From positions 113,268-177,267 of the forward strand of contig MNCI01002465.1 of NCBI GenBank assembly GCA_015680685.1: 64,000 nucleotides of DNA, given 5' to 3'. The notes under the pieces are model-generated. The model had not been told where the DNA came from. It ran no database searches and saw only the letters and a list, made by a program, of their open reading frames with translations. This document shows, piece by piece, positions 48,952 to 62,800 of this stretch. Position 1 is the first letter of the stretch. The number at the start of each line of letters is the position of its first letter. A program made the translations under genes and the position numbers. The stretch comes from Gnetum montanum. Taxonomy: Eukaryota; Plantae; Gnetophyta.

Positions 48952-51900
48952 TATTACAAAATATTGTGTAGGGAAAAATCTAAGATTGAAGAATTGTACC
49001 ACATAGAAAAATGTTGAGAACAATAATAAAACATTGAAGAAACAAAATGTAAGAAAAATAAGAGGCATAAAGATTTTTCATCATTTGGAAAAGCGTGTAT
49101 GTCCATGGTAATGGAGGATTTTCATTAGCAAAAGCAAGAGAATGATACAAAATTTATTACTCTGTAATACAACAAGAATATACCTATATACATGAGCCCC
49201 CTCTTACAATCACAAGTGCTTGTCTACGGTTCATTGAACTTGGTCATTATCTACAATGACCTAAGATATTTTAAATACATTAGTGAAATCATTTCTCACA
49301 ATGACCTTAGACAATTTAATTAGTGAAAAATTGTCTCATGCTAATTTTGACTCACATTATTATAGTCTTCACCTTAAGCCAAAATTGATCCTTGTATCTC
49401 CTTCATCAAATCCTTCAATCAACTATTTAGATGCAAAGATGCAAGAAGTTCAAGTACTACTTGAACTTCTCTTTTAGAAGGACTTTGTTAACATATTTTC
49501 TAGATTTACAAAAGTATAAATCTTTTACAAATCAACATTCCTTTTCTCCACTTGTTGTCTACCATCCATCTACTCTAGCTCCTAATTCTTCATAACTAAA
49601 GACAAAATAATTCTAGTTAAAGCTAACTTGGCTACTAGTGCAAAAACATCAAAGAAGTCTTCACCTAACTTTTGAAGGTATCCTTTTCCCACCAAACTTG
49701 CCTTGAAAATTTTGATCATTCATATTGCAACATGCTTAACCTTAAATAACCACATCTAATCAATTTCTTATTACTCCTTGAGTAGCTACACTAGCCTTAA
49801 AGTCTTATTCTTCAAGAGATATTGCATCTCTCCTTTCATGGATGCTTACCATTGTTTCCTTTATTTACTCTTCAATGCTTCCTAGTAAGCCATTGGCTCC
49901 TCTATATCTACAACCAAATCAAGAAAGGAAAAATCATCATGAAATCTTCTTGTTGGAATGCTCTTGATTATCCTTGAAGTATTCTAAGCTCTACTTGAAT
50001 TTGGGTCCCTTTAGGTACTTCCACTTAAGTCTCTTCTCTAATTTCTTAATTGCTATCACTTTTAGGTTATTGAAACTCCATAGAAATTTCCTTCTAAGAA
50101 TAATCATTTATAGATTCTTTCTATGCATTCTTTTATTAAAAAGAAGATTCATCAAAGACTATATCCTTACGAATGAAAATATTTTTGGAGATAGGATCCC
50201 ATAACTTATATTCCTTAGTGACCTTTACATATTTAAGAAAGATGCATTTCTTGGACTTAGGATCTAACATGATTCTCTAAAGTCTTGAAATGTGTACATA
50301 CATTGTGTAGCAAGAAGTTTTGATCTAATCATATCTCCCTAGTAATCCACTCCATATCTCCTTTGACATCTTGCCATCTATTGCAAGAGAAGAAGTCCTA
50401 TTTACTAAATAACATGTTGTATTTATCATGTTCATCCAAAATGACTTGTCCATCCCTAAAACGTTATCATACTCCTAAAATGTTTTGGAAGTGTAAGATT
50501 CATCTTCTTTGCAATATCATTCTACTATGGAGTGCTAAGAACTATCAAATGCTTTCCAATTCTTTTGGATTTGCAGTATACCTTGAACTTCTTTGAGATA
50601 TAGTCATTTATACAATCTATCATTAGGCACTTAATCTTCCTACTAGTACTCCTTTACATAAAGCTTTAAGCCTTTCAAAAGCTTTATATTTTTCTTTTAA
50701 AGAAAAAATCCATATCTTTTTTGATTTGTCATTAATGAAGGTAATGAAATGCCTTGTGTCTCCCAAAGATTCTTAAGGAAGCCAACCTCAAACTTCACTA
50801 TGCACAAGATCTAGAATGTCTCTACCTTTGGTTATACTACTTGCGAACTTAACTTTGCATTATGTTCTCTAAACACAATCTTCATAGAAGTCTTATTCAA
50901 TTTTATGCAGTCCTAGAAGCAAACTCATTTAAAGTAGATTCTACAACCTAAGGTCATTAATATGACTAGGTCACTTGTGCCATAACATAAATGTAGATAT
51001 ATCCCCAATTTCAACCTATGCTTCTCCAACCACTATTCCTCTAAGTAGCTAGTAGAGATTTCCTTACTTCTTGTTCTTTATCATCATAAGAAATTCTTTG
51101 GTGATCTTTAGTTAGTCATTTTTACCTATGAACTTGTAGGGAAGACCATCCAAAGCTCTAAGAGAAATGAAATTTCTCCTTATCTTTGATGCATGCTTCA
51201 CATCTATGATAGTTCTTACAAGCCCGTCATGTGTCTTGATTTGAACAATGCCAACACCAATAATTCTAGCCTCATTATCAATTGCCATTATAATTTGTCT
51301 CTCATTAGTTTCCTAATATGTTTAGAACTAAGATTTATTAGGAGTGATGTGCCATGAAGCCCTTGAATCAATGATTTAAGAACCACTATTAGAAATCCTT
51401 AAAGTTGTAAGAATATTTTTTTCCCATTTTCTGAAGCATCCTACATTATAGTGTTTCATTTTGAGAAGATGAGTTATATACATAATTTTTTTCCCTTTTT
51501 AATTTGCATGTATTTTTTGACATTACACTTGAAATAGTCCTTCTTATGATAGTAAAATCATTCTTTTTTCTTTTTCTTTTCTTTTCCAGATTTTAAGTTT
51601 GATCCAGAAGATCCTTAATCAAATCCACTTTTCATCATGCATTCTCTAATTACCAAGCCTTCTTTGGATGTTTTTGCATATAACGTCTTCATCTTTTCTT
51701 TTGAAAAAACTAAAGCTACAATCACCATCTCCATCTCTATGGTATTCCTTTTATAAAGCAACATCGTTGCAAGAGGTTTGTATGATTGCAGGAGAGATTT
51801 TAGTAGAATAAGAGCTTGATCTTATTCCCCAACCTACATCTCAATACTAGATAGTTGGTATATAAGCTTATTGAGAGCATTCAAGTGATTCACAATAGAT

Positions 51901-52650
51901 GTTACTTTCTTCACCTACTTCAGATATAGCTTATTTGTAAGAGATTTGGTCATATATAAATCCTCCAACTTGCTCCATAATGTAGTAGCTGAATTAATCT
52001 TTTCAACATTGAACAAGACTTGATTTATAATACTCAAGCAAATGGTGCTTTGATCTCTCAAATCCAAATCCTTCTAACCTTGATCTTCCATAGCCCAGAG
52101 TTGTTCTTACCATTCTCTACCTTGAACTTTACATTTGAGACCCTAGAGGCCATTCTTTTGCAACTATCTTCCATTGCCTACTTTGATACCAATTATTATA
52201 AAATATTGCATGAGGAAAAATCCAAGATCAATAGCTGAACCTTGTAGAAAAATGTCAAGAACAAAAATGAAATATTGAAGAAACAAAATGTAGGAAAAAT
52301 TAGAGACATAGAGGTTTTTTGTGGTTTGAAAAAGTGCCTATGTCCATGGTAATGAAAGATTCTTATTTGCAAAGACAAGAAAGAATGATACAAATTGCCT
52401 TACTCTATAATATAGTAACAACACACCTATATAAATGAGCCATCTCTTACAATGACAAGTAGTTGTCTAATGTTTATTGAACTTTTTCATTGCCCACAAT
52501 AACTTTAGACTTTTTATATACATTAATAAAATAATTTCTTACAATAACGTAAGACCTTTTAAATACTAGTAAAATTATTTCTCACAATGATATGAGACTT
52601 TTTAATTAGTGAAAGATTACCTCATGCTAATTTTAGCTCACACTATTACA
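48952..52650 (-). mobile_element. Internally deleted Ty1/copia element (G; Tork/Tnt1-like)
   Basis: LTRs 52194-52650 (5') and 48952-49364 (3'). TSD TGTAT/TGCAT. PBS TGGTATCAAAG at 52191-52181. Gag, IIDSRASWHITP protease, integrase and the RT start (ARLVGKGY) are joined directly to the RNase H C-terminus near 49560. Confidence 0.88.
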
Positions 52651-53049
52651 TGCATGATGTAAAAGATACAAGCTGAATGTGAGTGGTGCATTTGATGGTC
52701 TCAATATCATGCCCAACACACATTAAAATTCTCTTTACAAGGAACATCAAAGCAAAGATCATTTCCATTAGTGCTTATTGAGCATTCAAGTAATTGGTAT
52801 TTCTTTAAGGACAAAGTGTCTTCACTTGGTAATCTAAAATTAACTTTGATGAGATTGAATATGCCACAAATAACTTTTTAGAGAAGAATTTACTTGGAAA
52901 AAATGATTTCACTAGTGTTTATACAAAAATAAACTATATGTTCAGACTAATAAAGAATTATATCATATGTATTTCTACAAAAATATTTTTTAAAAAACTA
53001 GTCTTTATAAAAATATAGATATAATAAATCTATTGTCATGATAAGAGTG

Positions 53050-54340
53050 TTATTTCATTACTTCATTCTCTTAACAAATCACAATGTTTTTTCTATTCTT
53101 CAAATAAAATGGTTCATTGATCTTTTCTAGCTTCTCAACCTTCATAATGGCTTGATAAAGAAGAGACTGAATTAGAATGCACATGTGAAAATATAATGGA
53201 TTCCATTGTTTAATGCATCTAAATGAAATTATGTAAAACACAACAAGCAACTACAACCTATGGAGCTCTTTATCAACTTTACTTTTAAATATAATAAAAT
53301 TCTCTATCTTTGTTTTAACAAACCAAATGTATTTTCTATTTTAGTCCTTCCTCTAGGCATTTACTTATTGAAGATAATATGATCTTTTGAACTTGGATTT
53401 TAAAATGGCTTTAATATCATAGTTAAATGTGGATAAGCAAAATCTCTAATTAAATGAGGATAAACAATATTTTCTCCAATATGAAAAATTGGTAACAACA
53501 AAATTTCTCTTTTCAACATTCTACTTTAAGTAATGAATCATTCCAATGCTTTGCATCATGTGCATCTCCAAAAGCATCTATACAAACATCCCAAAACTTC
53601 TGTTGAGCATCACATACTATATGAAGAAGAATGCTATAAAAATTGTCTATACATGTAATTAGTTGAATTATATTGGGTACCTTAGACATAACCCATTTTG
53701 ATATGGGTACCATTAGTTGCTCCACAAATACTAGGAAGCAATGTTAAAGATTGAAATTCATGTAAAATTCTTTGAAGCCTTGTACTTGAAGGAATGCTAA
53801 TATATAATTCTTGTAGATGTGTTTAAATAATGTCTACAATTATAGTTGTGTACTTTTTAATTCTTTTTTTTCCAATATAGTATAATTCTAAAACTGTAAG
53901 AATTGAAGTTCCATGGCCAAACCTATGTAAAACTACACATAATGCTTTTTCAAGTTGAATAGGATCTCAAACATGCCCCACTATTGTGCTTGATGGTAAA
54001 TGTGCCTAGATCTTTTCTAGCAATAATTGATATGAAGAGTATGACATTTTGTAATATTCTGTGTATAAATGATCCAAATATATTTGATCTAGTGACCATA
54101 TTTCACTTTAAGTTCTAAAATTTTGTTTTCCTTAGAAACCTCCACCATTCCCTATTTCAGACATCATAGATTGAAGCTATTTCAATTAAATTCTACATCA
54201 TGTTGTGTATCATTTGAAGCATGTAACCTATTTTTGGAAAAGATAAAATATGACTAAAAATTTCCATCTAAATTATCCCTAGTGTATGATTCTTTTTCAA
54301 TTAATTTATTACTTGTGTAGTTGGAGATCTAACAAAAATG
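53050..54340 (-). pseudogene. PIF/Harbinger DDE transposase, degenerate
   Basis: LPSICGATNGTHI (GAIDGTHI motif), VCDAQQKFWDVCIDAFGDAHDAKHW, HLIRDFAYP, KIENTFGLLKQR*RIL, VVACCVLHNF. Confidence 0.88.
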
Positions 54341-55662
54341 TTCTACACTTGCATATAGGTGTCAAAAGAAAATATATAATATGGGGCAACATACCTACAT
54401 TCATACAAATAATTCCAAATATATAAAGAAAAAAGCTATCTTTAAAATAATTTTGAAATTATAGTAAAAAATAGTCTAAGGCATAGACTCTTACAACACT
54501 TCCTATATCCGTGTTGTTATATTAGCCCATAGGTAAAGAAAGGATTTTCTGTTGCAAAAAGTTGAATAGGAGTTCCTAAACTTAATCAATAACATGAATT
54601 CTCTACAAAAGAATAAAACAAAAGTTAATAACATCTGTTCATTGAAGGATATGGTGCATAGAATGTTAATGTAAGGAAATAAGAATATTCTACTCTGTCA
54701 CTATGATTAACATTTTTATGGTAATTTCAATGGCCATTCGTTGTTTTTTAAATGTTGCTGTATTGTTTTGTTGTAACTTTTTATCTAGAAATCAAAGCAG
54801 TGAGATGGAGATTTTGAGTACCTGTCAAACTTGTACATAAACTATGGTACCTTATCCCAATATGCTTAGAGATTGCCACAAATTCTGTAACATATTTTAG
54901 CAAATCAGGGCACTAGGGAACAGAATAATATCTATGAAACAATTTAGAAATCGTCATGTTGCAATGTACCAATTAATATTTGAAAATGAAGATTCCATTA
55001 TACAAGAATGAGTATTCTTAGTTCTTAGTTACAAAAAATTTAACATAACAAAAATTTTAATACGATAACAAAAAGACGTCATTTTCGACCACAAAAGTTC
55101 CAACGATGATAGCTGTAACAGTTTTAACAACGATGCTTTCAGAATGAAGAATTGCTGCCTTTTTTTTAGCAAGGATGCCCAACATGGGTAGCTGTTCCTC
55201 TCTTCTGGTGTCATAGCGGTGCTACGGGTCGTCTCTTCCGCGCTAAAAGTAGGAATGATAACACAAGGTTTAAAAATGAAGAGAACATTAACCGTAAAAT
55301 TAAAAATTAGATTGGAGGGTGGTTTAAATGCAATATTTTAAATTGAAAGAAAAGCACCTATGGTGAAGTTTAGTATGTGATCAGCAAGGGATGTCATGGG
55401 GTTCGTGGTGGAGATGGTAGTATTACGTTACGTGTGCGCAATAACTTCGAGCGTAGCATTTTATTTTGTATCGGAGTGTATAATTATGTTGAGTCTGTTT
55501 CTCGTTTTTTAATCGGGTTGGAAGGGTGCACAAGTCAGCAATGCCTTTCACCCTTTAGAGAACATATAAAATGTGTTGACACGTTAAAATTTTTCAGCGT
55601 GCTCGTGAACTTCTTCCCTCTTTTAAAGCCGAAGACGTGCACAAATTGTAAACTAGTTTACA

Positions 55663-55716
55663 ATGGTCTTTTACCACGGTAGTTTGGGATGGTCTTTTAC
55701 CACGGTAGTTTGGGAT
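55663..55716 (+). repeat. Perfect 26-bp tandem duplication
   Basis: ATGGTCTTTTACCACGGTAGTTTGGG twice (55663-55688, 55689-55714). Confidence 0.95.
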
Positions 55717-57159
55717 TGTTAGGTGATAGATGCAAGACGTTACCATAGTGAAGAATTTTTAACTTACATAAATACCTTGAAAAATACAACGTCATTGCCC
55801 ACAAGACTAGCAAAAACATCTAACCTGTTTTAATATTGGAAATAAAGGAGAAAAAGCTTTATTTAATGACTTAGGTAGCGCATTGCCTTCCAGAAGAAAT
55901 CGAGGGCCCAGTCACATGGCATGGGTTATAATAATGGTGAAAAAAGTGCCATGACGTCCACCATGGTTACAATGTTTCGTACATTTTAAAATAGGAAAAA
56001 AGGAATAAAGGGGAGAAAGTGAAAATTACAGGGGAAAGTGTATTCGCTGTACCTTAACTATCAAGCATGTTTATTGTGCCGGCTAATGCATTTTAGACGA
56101 ACATTATCAATCATATCTAAAAAATGAACATTATTAACCATATCTAGGTCCCTTGCATGTTATGGATATTTGTTTGAAAAAAATAAAATTGGAATGGTTT
56201 CTATCTCAAATAAGCTACAAAAATGGTTGCTTAAATGATTTGGACATGTGCAAAGCAAATCAAACAATGAGCTTATAAATAAACGTTACAACATCACTGT
56301 TCCATGAAAATTGAAAATCATTGAAAAAAAGATCAAAGAAATGGAAAAAAACAATCTTCATAGAATGATAATGAAGAAAAAGATATTATTCACAGCAAAG
56401 CAAATAGAATAGTGGTAAGCATTGGTAAGCATTTTGAGAGAATGAAAGGTTCAAGTTTCTTTTGTGCTTTTTAACTATTGATACGAAGATATACTTAGAA
56501 TTTTTGAGAATCAATGATGCATCCATATAACATGGCACCATACGTGAGCATACATGGTAATTAAAGCACAGTGAAGACACCTCCAAGTTCCAACCAGCAG
56601 GTAACGTGAAATTGAAAAGTACAGAAACAGGGTTCGTGTAGAACAGAGTCGTTTTTTAATTTTGTTTTTGGCAACCGAGCAGTCCGGAAAAGGGCCATGA
56701 ACGTGCACGCGTGTGGCGATCAGTGTTAAATACAGAATCTGCAGATTCCGTGTTGTTTTCTCCTCCTTGCGTTGCGTTGCTGCTAAGTGGAAGGAACTTC
56801 GGCATCTCTTTAAATAGCTAGTCTATCCCAATGCCAACCCAGGAAATAAAATAGATTACTGTGTTCCTTTTTTGGCCTCAGGACTGGACCCAACTCGTGT
56901 GCAGGCAACGGAAAGAAGACAACATTTGTGAAAACAAACAAAAATTTGGTGAATAGTTTTCATGCCGAATTCTGCCTGAAATATGAAATCAATTTCTTAG
57001 TCAATACTGAAAACACGTGCTTGCATTTCTACATGGACATGCGGAAAGATTGCATCCGTCTGGAAGAAAAAAAAAAGCAAGGAGCATATGCATCTCTATA
57101 CATTTATGTCCATTACATCGTCTTTGTATCTCCTCACTGACTCCATCAGGCCCAGTGCT

Positions 57160-59299
57160 ATGGAGTTTCTTTTTTCTGATAAAGTGGTTGCAATTGCTGC
57201 TGTGGCTTTGCTAATTATCCGTGTGTTGTATAGAAGATTTACAGGAGTTGGGTCTCATGATTTGCCTCCTGGGCCTGTGGGTTTCCCCATTCCGCGAAAT
57301 CTGCTTCAGTTGGGAGGTTTCTGTCATCTCACTCTGAAGAAACTGGCGGACAAGTACGGGGACATCCTATATCTAAGATTAGGCTCTGTTCCCACAGTAG
57401 TTGTATCCTCGTATGACAAAGCAATACTATTTCTCAGAACCCACGATACTGTGTTTGCCAGCAGACCTGTAACTATTGCGGGAGATATTCTATTTGAGAG
57501 GAAGGCAGTGCTGGTGTCTCCGTATGGGGATTTATGGCGTCATATGCGCAAGCTCTTCGTCACAGAAATGCTTTCTCCCAGGAAGGTCGGAGCTCTCAAG
57601 CCCGTTCGTTACGAGCAGGTTTGGATTTCAATTTGTTAAAAGACTGAGAAGTGAACATGCATGTTATTACTGCACTGGCATGTAAATTTTTCACTTCTAA
57701 ATCGTGCTGTTTTTAGAGTTACATTTAAAATACCGGTTTCAGTCAGGCGTTTAAAAAGTCGGACAATATATCGGTTCGGGATCACAATAATTGGTGAACT
57801 TGGAGAATTCATATTTAAAAGTCTGAAAAATCATACTTAACACTATTGATTAAAGTCACGCTGACGCATGAGTCCGCAAAAATTCTAATCCGGTCACTGA
57901 TTGTTGAACCTATTATCTATACCCTGATTGAAAAACTATGGGTTTAACAACCTTGCTGCACATTATCATTCTGTGGATGCTCAGTCGATATTGTTTAAAG
58001 TTTAAATCTCCTAATTTGTAATTTTGTATTTACCTAAGGATTAAACTTCTTTGACTAAGTACAGACCAGAGGAATGTCGTCTACATTTCAGTCCAATGGA
58101 ATTTCTTACTTTGACAGTCGACTGGATAATTTCGTAATTCATTAGTACTGATATTTGAAACAAGTTGGAGCGTTGGTTTCGGATTATGGGAGGCCAGCAA
58201 CCAGGGCGCACAGGCGGTGAATATGTCCGTGGCATCCAAGGACATTATTTCGAAGGTGGCCCTGCAATTAGCGGATGGCTCCACTCTGGTTTTCAGAAAG
58301 TATCTTCATCAAGCTGGGAGCGTTCTGGGCAGCTTTAGTATTGGAGATTTCATCCCGTTTTCGAGCATCTTTGATCTGCAAGGTATTGCCAGGAAAGCGT
58401 ACGATGTCAGAAAACAGCTCGATTACGTTTTTGAGAAAGTAATTGAAGATCATAGTAGCAGTCCTGTGCTTGCTGCTGATGCTAATCACGTCAAAGACTT
58501 TGTGGATGCGATGCTTAACGTGCATAATCGAGATCCCATTAACATCACTATGCAAAACGTCATTTCCATGATAATGGTAACATTCTCCCTGACTGCTTGG
58601 TTTCGTCGCCTTCTATCCTCTGTGCATTGAAAATGAAATCACAATTTCCCATCTTAAGAAAGATCATTCATGTAACAGAGCACTTGTTTTAACTGCAGGA
58701 CATGTATGGGGCAGCGACGGAGACAACGTCAAGGCCGCTGGAGTGGGCAGTGAAGGAAGTGGCAACAAATCCAAAAATAATGTCGAAGCTGCAGCGAGAA
58801 AACGACACAGCAGTGGCCGAGCATGGCGGAAACTGGACGAAAATTCGGCACAGAAAATGAAATATCTGAATTGCGTGATCAAGGAAACGCTGCGGCTGCA
58901 TCCGCCGCTTTTATTCTGATTCCCGCACGAATCGACGCACGTCGTCAAAGTGGACGGATTCCACGTACCTGCGAAAACGCAGGTGATATTCAATTTTTTG
59001 GGCATTGGAACGGATCCAAGGGTTTGGGAAAACGCAGATAAGTTCGATCCAGACAGATCATGGCGGGTGAGTCCACGGATTTATGGGCGCTGAGCTCAGA
59101 TCATAAAATGCTTCCGTTCAGTGCCGGCAGGCGAGGTTGCCCTGGCGCTGTCATGGCTGGGCCACTGCTGAGGATGTGCTTGGCTGCTCTGTTTTTCGCT
59201 TTTGATTGGACGCTGCCGCATGGTGAGTCACTGGGCACTGATTTCATGCTGGTTCCTTGCCTTAAGCATGTTTCTTGTCTGGCTCTCATTCACGAATGA
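57160..59299 (+). pseudogene. Cytochrome P450 pseudogene, CYP71 clan (A-type); exons 57160-57618, ~58164-58576, 58699-59299
   Basis: TM anchor, LPPGP hinge, WRHMRK, I-helix AATETT, KETLRLHPP, FDPDR, heme PFSAGRRGCPG; conserved phase-0 intron 58577-58698 (GT..AG). Lesions: damaged exon-2 acceptor/frameshift ~58163-58180, frameshift ~58830, TGA 58917-58919, frameshift ~59058. Confidence 0.9.
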
Positions 59300-59851
59300 A
59301 CCAGAGTATCTCACCTTCCAAATATGGAATGCTCTAGCCCGTATGTGGTTAGGTTCATATTCAAAATATTTGGGGTGGTAATATATCTGCCCAAGTTCCA
59401 GATTACCAGATTATCTCTTCTCCAGCTTTCTTCTTCCAGCTTTTGTTCATTTTCTTTTGGCACTTTGCACTAGTGCGCACTCTATTCACATGCACTCTAT
59501 GTTGCTGATCCGGCTATTGTAATCGCTGCGTTAGGTTAAATAAAGGTACAGACAACCCAGCTGGCGGTGATGAAGATATTGGTATAATAAAATTTTACTT
59601 TTGACGTTAGGAATGGTGTTCTGCGGTTCTATCGGCAGGGTCGACAGCAGCCCCAGGAAACATACTTTGAAATATCGGTTCTATTAGAAAACTTCATTTG
59701 ATCTGGTCATAACCTTCGATGTTAAGTAGATTACTAAGAACACTTATGTATATTATTAGGTTCAAGAAATATTAAAAATATTATAATACATATGATACAA
59801 TAAAACCTATGTTATCATTACTACAAATAAAGAAATATTTATAATTTTATG

Positions 59852-62800
59852 TGAGGATTGTTGAACTTGGAAGAGAGGGATGAATAAGTTCTCCAATTTT
59901 CAATTCTTTGACACAATAGTACACCAATTTTAACGTGGTTCTCCAACCTGGGTAGTTCACACTCAGAGGGTAGTTCGCAAGCACACATCCAAATTTTGTT
60001 TCTTCCAAATTGTCGTTTGAAGGCTCCACACCCTATAAAGTCTTTAAGCCCCACTCTAGAGTGTTGTGCCGCAACAACAACCACTCAATCCCACAAGGTC
60101 CTATCAGGCTTGGAATGTGGTTTTCAGGCTTCCACAAACTTTACAATCTTAAGCTCTACTGTGGAGTATTGTGTTGCAACACCAAACACTCAATCTCACA
60201 GGATTTCGACAATCTCAACTAAGATATCTTTCCACAAGAAGCACATCAACCCGGTAGGGCAACAAAAGAGAACAATGATTACAAGGGATAAATGCAGCTT
60301 GGTTTGTTGATCCTTGTACTTGAGGTACATCACACTTTGCAATGAACAAAGATGATACAATGAAGAGTAATAGAGATCACAATGATTAACCAAATGATTG
60401 TACAATGATTATACATACGCTTGCTCATTTCCCAATGCAGATGATGTCTTCTTATAGCTACCATGTTTCTAAATCAATCTTGGAACTTGTGCAATAGCTA
60501 GGCAACAATCACTAATGGTCATGGAAAACATCGGTGCTAGAGTCTTATATGAATCCATGACCTTCTTTTGTGCTTGAGACGTCTTTTTAAATTTTCCTTC
60601 TATTTTGGGAAGACATTTTTGTCTGGGAAAGACGTCTTTCTCAAATTTCCATTCTAGGAAGACATCTTTGTTTGATAGAAGATGTCTTTTTGAATATGCC
60701 CTATACTCTGTAAAGATGTCTTTCTTTGGTAAAGACATCTTTGCCTGAGGAAAGACGTCTATTGTTTCTTGAATACATCTTTGTCTAAGTTCATTCCAAT
60801 TTTGCCAAGATGTCTACTATTTCCTAGAGATGGCTTTCTTCAACTTTCTTTGTCCTTTGAATTCTTCGTTCCTTATTCATGTTCATCAAACTTCCACAAT
60901 CTTTCTTATCTTGATCCAAGTACTTGGCCTGCAAGTATAACAATCATAGACACACACAAAAGAAACCTATGTTCTCCATTTTTCTTAAGGTTTGACATAC
61001 CAAAAGATCAACAATCTCCCCCTTTTTGGTAATGTCCAAAACATAAGAAAATGGGTTAGTAATACACGATAATATAAACACTTTTTCTCCTCCTTTTTGG
61101 ACATAACCAAAAAGGTGAGGCAAGCTCCCCCTAAATAGATGCATAAAGAAATGTTTTTAGTGTTTTGGTTTTCTTGTTTTTGTGTTGAATAAGGATAGAA
61201 AGAATGAAAAGATTTATATGATAGGACAAGGTCCTATTTTCATATCTTTACATAGATATGTTAGCTGATGTTCATCTAGAGGTTTGGTGAAGGCATCAAT
61301 TAGTTGATTCTCGGTTCAAATAAATTCTAGCCTTACATGACCATGTTGTGTATGTTGTTGTATAAAGTGATGGAAAATCTCAATATTTTTGGTATGAGAA
61401 TGTTGGATAGGATTCTTTGTCATGTTAATGGTGCTCTTTTTATCATAGTAAATAGGAGTTGAGTCTGCGTTCACCCCTAAATCTTTGAGAGTTTTTTTCA
61501 TCCAAAGTAATTGAGCACAAGAACTATTGGCAGAGATATATTTAGCGTCTGCTATTGAGAGAGCTATAGAGGTTTGCTTCTTAGTTAACCAAGAGACAAG
61601 ACTTCTTCCTAAGAAGAAATAGTTACCACTTATGCTATGGTGATCCTTAGAAAAACCTGCCCAATCTACATCACAATAACCGACAAGATCAAAGAAGGAA
61701 TCATTTGGATACGAAAGGCCCTAGTTAGCTGTACCTTTTAAGTAGTGAAAGATATGTTTAACAGCATGGTAATGAGAATCGTTTGGGGTTAACTAATATC
61801 TAGCACACAATGCTACACTTAAAGCTATATCTGGTTGACTTATAGTTAGATAAAGAATACTACCAATCATACCTCTATAAAGGCTGGGATCAACTACCTT
61901 ACCTTGATTGTCCTTAACAAGTTTAGAATTTGCAGCCATTGGAGTACCTTTAACTTTAACATCAGCCAAGACATATTTGAGTAGAAGATATTTTACATAT
62001 TTGGTTTGACATAAGAAGGTTCCATCAGTTGTTTGATAGGTTTAAAACCCAAGAAAGTTCTTGAGTTCTCCTATCATGCTCATTTCAAATTCAGAATGCA
62101 TTAGATTAGAAAATTTTTTGCAAAGAATTTCATTAGTGGCACTAAAAATAATATCATCAACATAGATTTAAACAATCAAAAGATCTTTACCTTATTTTTT
62201 GAGAAATAATGTAACATCAGCTTTACCTCTTTCAAATCCATTCGATGTGAGGTGTTGAGAAAGCCTTTCATACCAAGCTCTTAGAGATTGTTTAAGATCA
62301 TAGAGAGCTTTCTTTAGCTTGTATCCATGATCAGTCTTGATGGAATCAACAAATCCTTCAAGTTGTTCAATGTAAACTTCTTCTTGTATGGTTTCATTTA
62401 AGAAGGAACTTTTGACATCCATTTGATAGAGCTTGATGTTGTTAATAATAGCATAGGCAAGAAGAAGTCTAATAAATTCTAGCCTAGTAATAGGAGCAAA
62501 AGTTTCATAAAAATCTATTCCTTCTTGTTGGTTATATCCTTTGGCAACCAATCTAGCCTTGTTTTTAATAATGTTTCCATTATCATCAGTTTTGCTCCTA
62601 AAGACCCATTTTGTTTCTATAATAGGTTTATCGGTGGGCCTAGGTGTTAATTCCTATACGTCATTTCTAGCAAATTGAATAAGTTTGTCATGCATAGCAG
62701 AAGTCCATCATTCCTCTTTTTCTACTTCCTTTAAGGTTTTGGGTTCAAGTTTGAAGAGATATGTGGAAAAGGCAAATATCTCTTTGTTTTGGCTTTTACT

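Noticed and set aside
39000-54920. Candidate Harbinger TIRs (TTAGGGTGTAC ~39098; GCAAATCAGGGCACTA ~54900)
   Set aside because: No convincing matching pair with TAA/TTA TSDs, so element boundaries are not called.
57088-57639. 183-aa ORF as a complete protein starting at ATG 57088
   Set aside because: It is P450 exon 1 reading into the intron; ATG 57160, just before the membrane anchor, is the likelier start.
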